NCBI GenBank assembly: GCA_051362555.1
Contig: CM120649.1
Span: 8,060,001 to 8,124,000 of the forward strand
Direction of reading: 5' to 3'
Source: Lingula anatina
Lineage: Eukaryota > Animalia > Brachiopoda
Length of the DNA: 64,000 nt
Positions within the stretch are counted from its first letter, which is position 1, and each line of letters starts with the position of its first letter. This document shows, piece after piece, positions 59,663 to 64,000 of this stretch. The notes beneath the pieces are model-generated. The model was not told where the DNA came from, searched no databases, and saw only the letters and a program-made list of their open reading frames with translations. Made by a program: the position numbers and the translations under genes.

Positions 59663-62600
59663 AAACACAACTTTCCACCTTTTGAAAATAATACCATAAA
59701 CTCTCTTTTATAACGTGTTTAGAGAAAATAAGGAAATAATTCTAACGGGAAATTATCACACACTTGTTTAGATTTAAAAGACCTCTCATTCCATGAATTA
59801 TAAAACGATGGTCATATTAGCATCAGAATACCTGTCATCCGGTGAAATATCGGACATTTAGGTCGCAAAAGGTCCCATATATCTAAATTAAATTTAATTA
59901 ATTTGCATTGATATACATGAAGATGTGTACTTCGCACAAAAGGAGTGTTCTCTTGGACGAATTACTGGCACAAATATGTGCATTATTATTGTAAGAAAGG
60001 CAGCACTTAATTTCAACATTGCTTTGTTGCGATTTGTAAGCGATCCGACAATAATTCTCCTTTCATACCATTCTATGTAGCTCGTCGCTCACTTCAGGTG
60101 ATATAGGGCGATTTGGGATAAAGCGTTACGTGTGAGATATTGGCTTTTGAGCAAGTGCACATGATAAAAGAATATATGAAATACTCTACTTAATGATGTA
60201 AAGAAACGTTGAAGATGTGATCCTTAATGTAAGTGTTTTTTGGAAGAGCAACGACATAGCTGTCTTTGTAATGACAATGATAAAAATAATAAAAGAAGAA
60301 AAATGAAAGGAAATTTTATGGCTCATGTAAGGACAAGGGCGTGAAAAGTCCCTATGTGAAGGGCAAAGGTGACAAATGCATGAATTCCCAATATTATCAG
60401 GTAGAACCAAAAAAAAGAATTGCCTTTCGTTCGTGTAATGGTTTGATAGATTAAATTGTAGATTGTTAAAAGGAAGAAAGAAAAGTCATCATCATGTTGA
60501 CAGCTATAAAAAACACCAAAAATAATATCTATGCAGCGTGTAGCAATTGTAGCAACATTTTTATAGCTGAGAGAATAGTTATAAATTTGAATTTTGATTA
60601 TATTATTCTGCATTTATGGTGAGTAATCTTGACCCAAGAATGTCATTTTGTGACCAGTAACTTCCGCAATATTTGTAAATGAAACAATATATTTGCCGGG
60701 GCGTTTATGTCAATTTGGCAAGCCATAATAACCAAGATGAAACAGTTAATAAAGTCCCAAAATATTACAAATAAATCAAAATCCGAGGCGCAAGCTGTAT
60801 TGCTGGTAGACTTCCGCCCATTCTGTTTCTAAACGCTTCCTCTCTGTTCTCACTCGCATGCTGAATTAAAGCAATCAGATTTTCATTCTCACGTTGTATG
60901 GTCTTGTTTGAAGGAGGTGTGAAAATCCTCAAACGCAAAATATTCTCTCAAAACCTAATTCCATGCCTTCCAGGTTCACAATGGATGAGCCCGCTGGGGC
61001 TGAAAAAAGGGAATATAAGGGCGAAGTATTTGGTCTTCCGCGCGACTGAGCGCGCCAAAAGAAGAGCTCACGCGGTTCACTGGCGCGAGCTGAATGCACG
61101 TGAAATGAGATCCGGGCCTGTGAAGGGAACCTTGGGCTAGATGATAGAGGCAGTTAATACCCGTGACCCTCGGGGTCAGACCGCTCTTTAGTTTGGGGAG
61201 ACTGGGATTGAAGGTGTCGATTTCACCTAAGTGAGAGAGCCACGTGCAATAGCAGTGTTTAACAAAATAGGACATGTTTTCTGCTTTGTTATTATAGAAT
61301 TTTGTTAATCTGATATATTTCTGATACTTCCGACTTGCAATCATAATAAGAGTTGTTTCCATATTTGTTCCATTTTGAAGCATCGTTATTATTTGGAGTT
61401 GTTTCAATGTGCGGTGTCTTTTAAAGGCAAGCCAACATGACGATCACTTTGTAAACAGAAATATAACACGTAGGTCAAATTTTATGTAATGTTGATGTCA
61501 CTGAGCATTCTTTCAGTCAAATTGTAAAATATTATCTCCGTGAAAGAATATTCCCATGTCTTATTTTACTTTCAATTTGTCCCAGAACGATGGTGTACCT
61601 ATATTCACATAAATCACCGGAATTCAAATCGGATGTAAATTTTGTGGCATTGATTAAATTTTGTAATATTCTGACTCTGAGTGGCGGGTATGAGAAACAT
61701 GTCCCTTGCATAGTAATTTCCATGATTTATCACTTTGGTAAGTAATTTAGTCTGTAGTCTTGCGTCATAGGCAGAGCAAAAATCGGGACTAATTAAAAAT
61801 ATATATATGCATAGTTCTGATGACGACAAATAGCCTATGCCAGTTAAACTGATAGTTTGGCTGTCTTGCAATATGTGCTAAAGAATAAAGCGGGTGCAAG
61901 GGCGCGCACGTGTGTGTGTTTGAAAGAGAGAGAGAGAGACAGATGTCATAAATATACCGTGTGAATCCATCTTTAAAAAGTTACTCCTAGAGGCACGTCA
62001 AAGCCCCCTGCGCCCTTGCCATTTGACCTCCCACGTCTCTTTGTGTGTCGCACCTCATAAACATGTGTTCGGAAATCGAGCTTAGATTAGACCTGAATCG
62101 TCGGTATTCCTTGTGTATACACTGTCAAAGCATTTCTAGAGTCATGAAAGTTCACTTCAAGAGCAGGGTTTAGTTGTATAAAACTCATAGCTCAGTCCAG
62201 TCAAGCCAGCTACTCTATACAGATTTGTCATCTCTGGGAATCGAATCAGAAACTATTTTTTTAAATAGTAAGGTGCATGGTGCTTTTTGATTAATACAAA
62301 ATATGCGTGCCGTGTCACATATTATCAATGTCTTTCGTGCTCTGTTTGTTATTACTTAGAAAAGTCGATTCTTTCGAACTGAAGTAGCTCTGAGAATTGT
62401 ATTGCATTTTTAAATACTTTAACCTCTTATGTCACGTTTCAACGGGGGTGTACTAAGTAACACGAACATTAAAGTAAGAAATTATTGGCAAAATCATCAA
62501 AATAACAAGTTCAAATAAGGTGAAGAGGCACTGAACACATCTCACGGACAACGCTGAGCTGTTCTTCTTTTGTTGTGCTATTGAATTCTGACAATCGAAA

Positions 62601-63380
62601 GAATGTTTCCAATATTTCTTTTTCGAAAGAAGGTACGGCGAGAGGATCAATCCAGACGTATGACCATCTCGACTATTCAGAAGAAATCTTTATTTGAGAA
62701 GAGCTACACATAATCCAATACAGGGAAAGTGAAACGTACGCGAGACAGGAGATTCATATGTCTCAAATATTTGTCCAATAATGGTGATATTCGTTATACA
62801 GAGAGTGGAACTCTCAAAATTGCTTTAATAAAGACAACGAGACAGAATGTACATATTATCTTTAATTAGTTTCAACAGACTGTATTTTCTTTATACAACA
62901 TTAATATTCCACTTTTAAATAAAAAAGAGATAATAAATAGATATCACCTTCGACAAATAGACCTGGAATTAAAAAGAAGTAGTGGCGAGTACTAATCTAG
63001 TATTGTAAAGAGAGCCGCGTTGTGACATACTTCCTGTAAATTTCTGTAATTCATGTTGTATCTAATTCAATGTTCAAGGAGTCTGTCACCGAAAGAATCA
63101 TGAAACACAGCCCAAATAGTTCAGCATCTGTTTTTAATGTGACTCACCATATTGTGGTGTGTTTCAAATAAAAGATGTGAATTAACATTACGAGTTCTGT
63201 GCTAAAAAAAAAACGAAAAAAAAAAACAGAATCCCTTTAACCGCTGAGTCTTCTCGTGGAGCCATGACGTAACCATGACGTCACTGGACCTGTGTGTCGC
63301 TGAAGTGTGCCAACAAGACCGAAGACAAATATAAATCCATTCTCAATCAGGTAAAAAGTCCTCTGAACGAATTTCTGACG

Positions 63381-63492
63381 TCACAAAATGACGCAACACC
63401 AACGTGGTAGAGACGAAAGCTTCGAAGATGTTCTACCAGTCAAACAAAGCACGCCTGGGATCGGTAGCAGCAGCTTGTCATCCTGATGGTAT
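63381..63492 (-). CDS. Probable terminal coding exon of an unidentified gene lying beyond the right edge; encodes YHQDDKLLLPIPGVLCLTGRTSSKLSSLPRWCCVIL*
   Basis: Strong acceptor gttctctttcag at 63493-63494; the phase-2 frame ends in a CaaX box (CVIL) preceded by Cys; GC-richer than its flanks; AATAAA downstream on the minus strand near 62690. Confidence 0.5.
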
Positions 63493-64000
63493 CTGAAAGA
63501 GAACAGTAATTAAATCATTACAGCAAGTGATAATATCATATTATTTCGTTTGTATTCATTTAAATACTATACACTGAAAATTACATGTCACGCAGAACAC
63601 GGATTTCCCAATTTTGGGGTATAACAAAGAGGTCAAGGTCAGTACAAGGTGAAGGTCACTGGGCTCAGTAGAAGTCTATTCACTCTAAGATGTTTTTAGC
63701 ATGTATAAATATTTTGTAGGGTAGAACTATTGACAGTCAGCAGGCAGCATTGAAATGCTATGCAAGAAGGAAAACTGGAAGAGTCAAAAGAATTTCATAG
63801 AGTTGCAAGATGTTTTTGACATAAATCACTTTTGAAACTTATCATTTTTCTTTCCCAACAGTTGCACACGTACACACATGTTGTCTCATCTCTATTTCCT
63901 TTTTCTCTCTCTCATTCTCGGATATACACATTGAAAAATAAACCAGATGTACAGACTTAAATCGTTTCATTTTGATATTAACCACTGTATGCACTTCTTT

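Noticed and set aside
63437-63492. Allatostatin-C-like peptide in the phase-1 frame (SCCYRSQACFV*)
   Set aside because: Extra Cys, no dibasic cleavage site and no AstC core residues; the CaaX frame is more parsimonious.

Overview
Eukaryotic, AT-rich, microsatellite-rich invertebrate genomic DNA (style suggests a lophotrochozoan such as a mollusc; inference). Three genes are visible, all on the minus strand. (1) A multi-exon poly(ADP-ribose) glycohydrolase (PARG)-family gene: promoter ~18.1-18.3 kb, 9 coding exons, ATG at 17626, running off the left edge. The catalytic GGG-X7-QEE motif is intact, but after REVNKALVGF the domain is followed or interrupted by >480 aa of low-complexity sequence carrying several AKAP-like amphipathic helices, a KVQF PP1-docking motif, PKA sites and FFAT-like motifs. 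(2) A class A peptide GPCR (FMRFamide-receptor-like, 431 aa, two coding exons, 20194-22072) with a probable upstream non-coding exon. (3) A probable terminal coding exon at 63381-63492 ending in a CCVIL CaaX motif. A 991-bp TTAA-flanked Kolobok-like transposon in PARG intron 3 carries its own ATG exon and splice donor, in phase with the next PARG exon. MITEs, minisatellites and a ~38-kb stretch with no recognisable coding exon fill the rest. All gene models were spliced by hand, and motif-based functional calls are inference.
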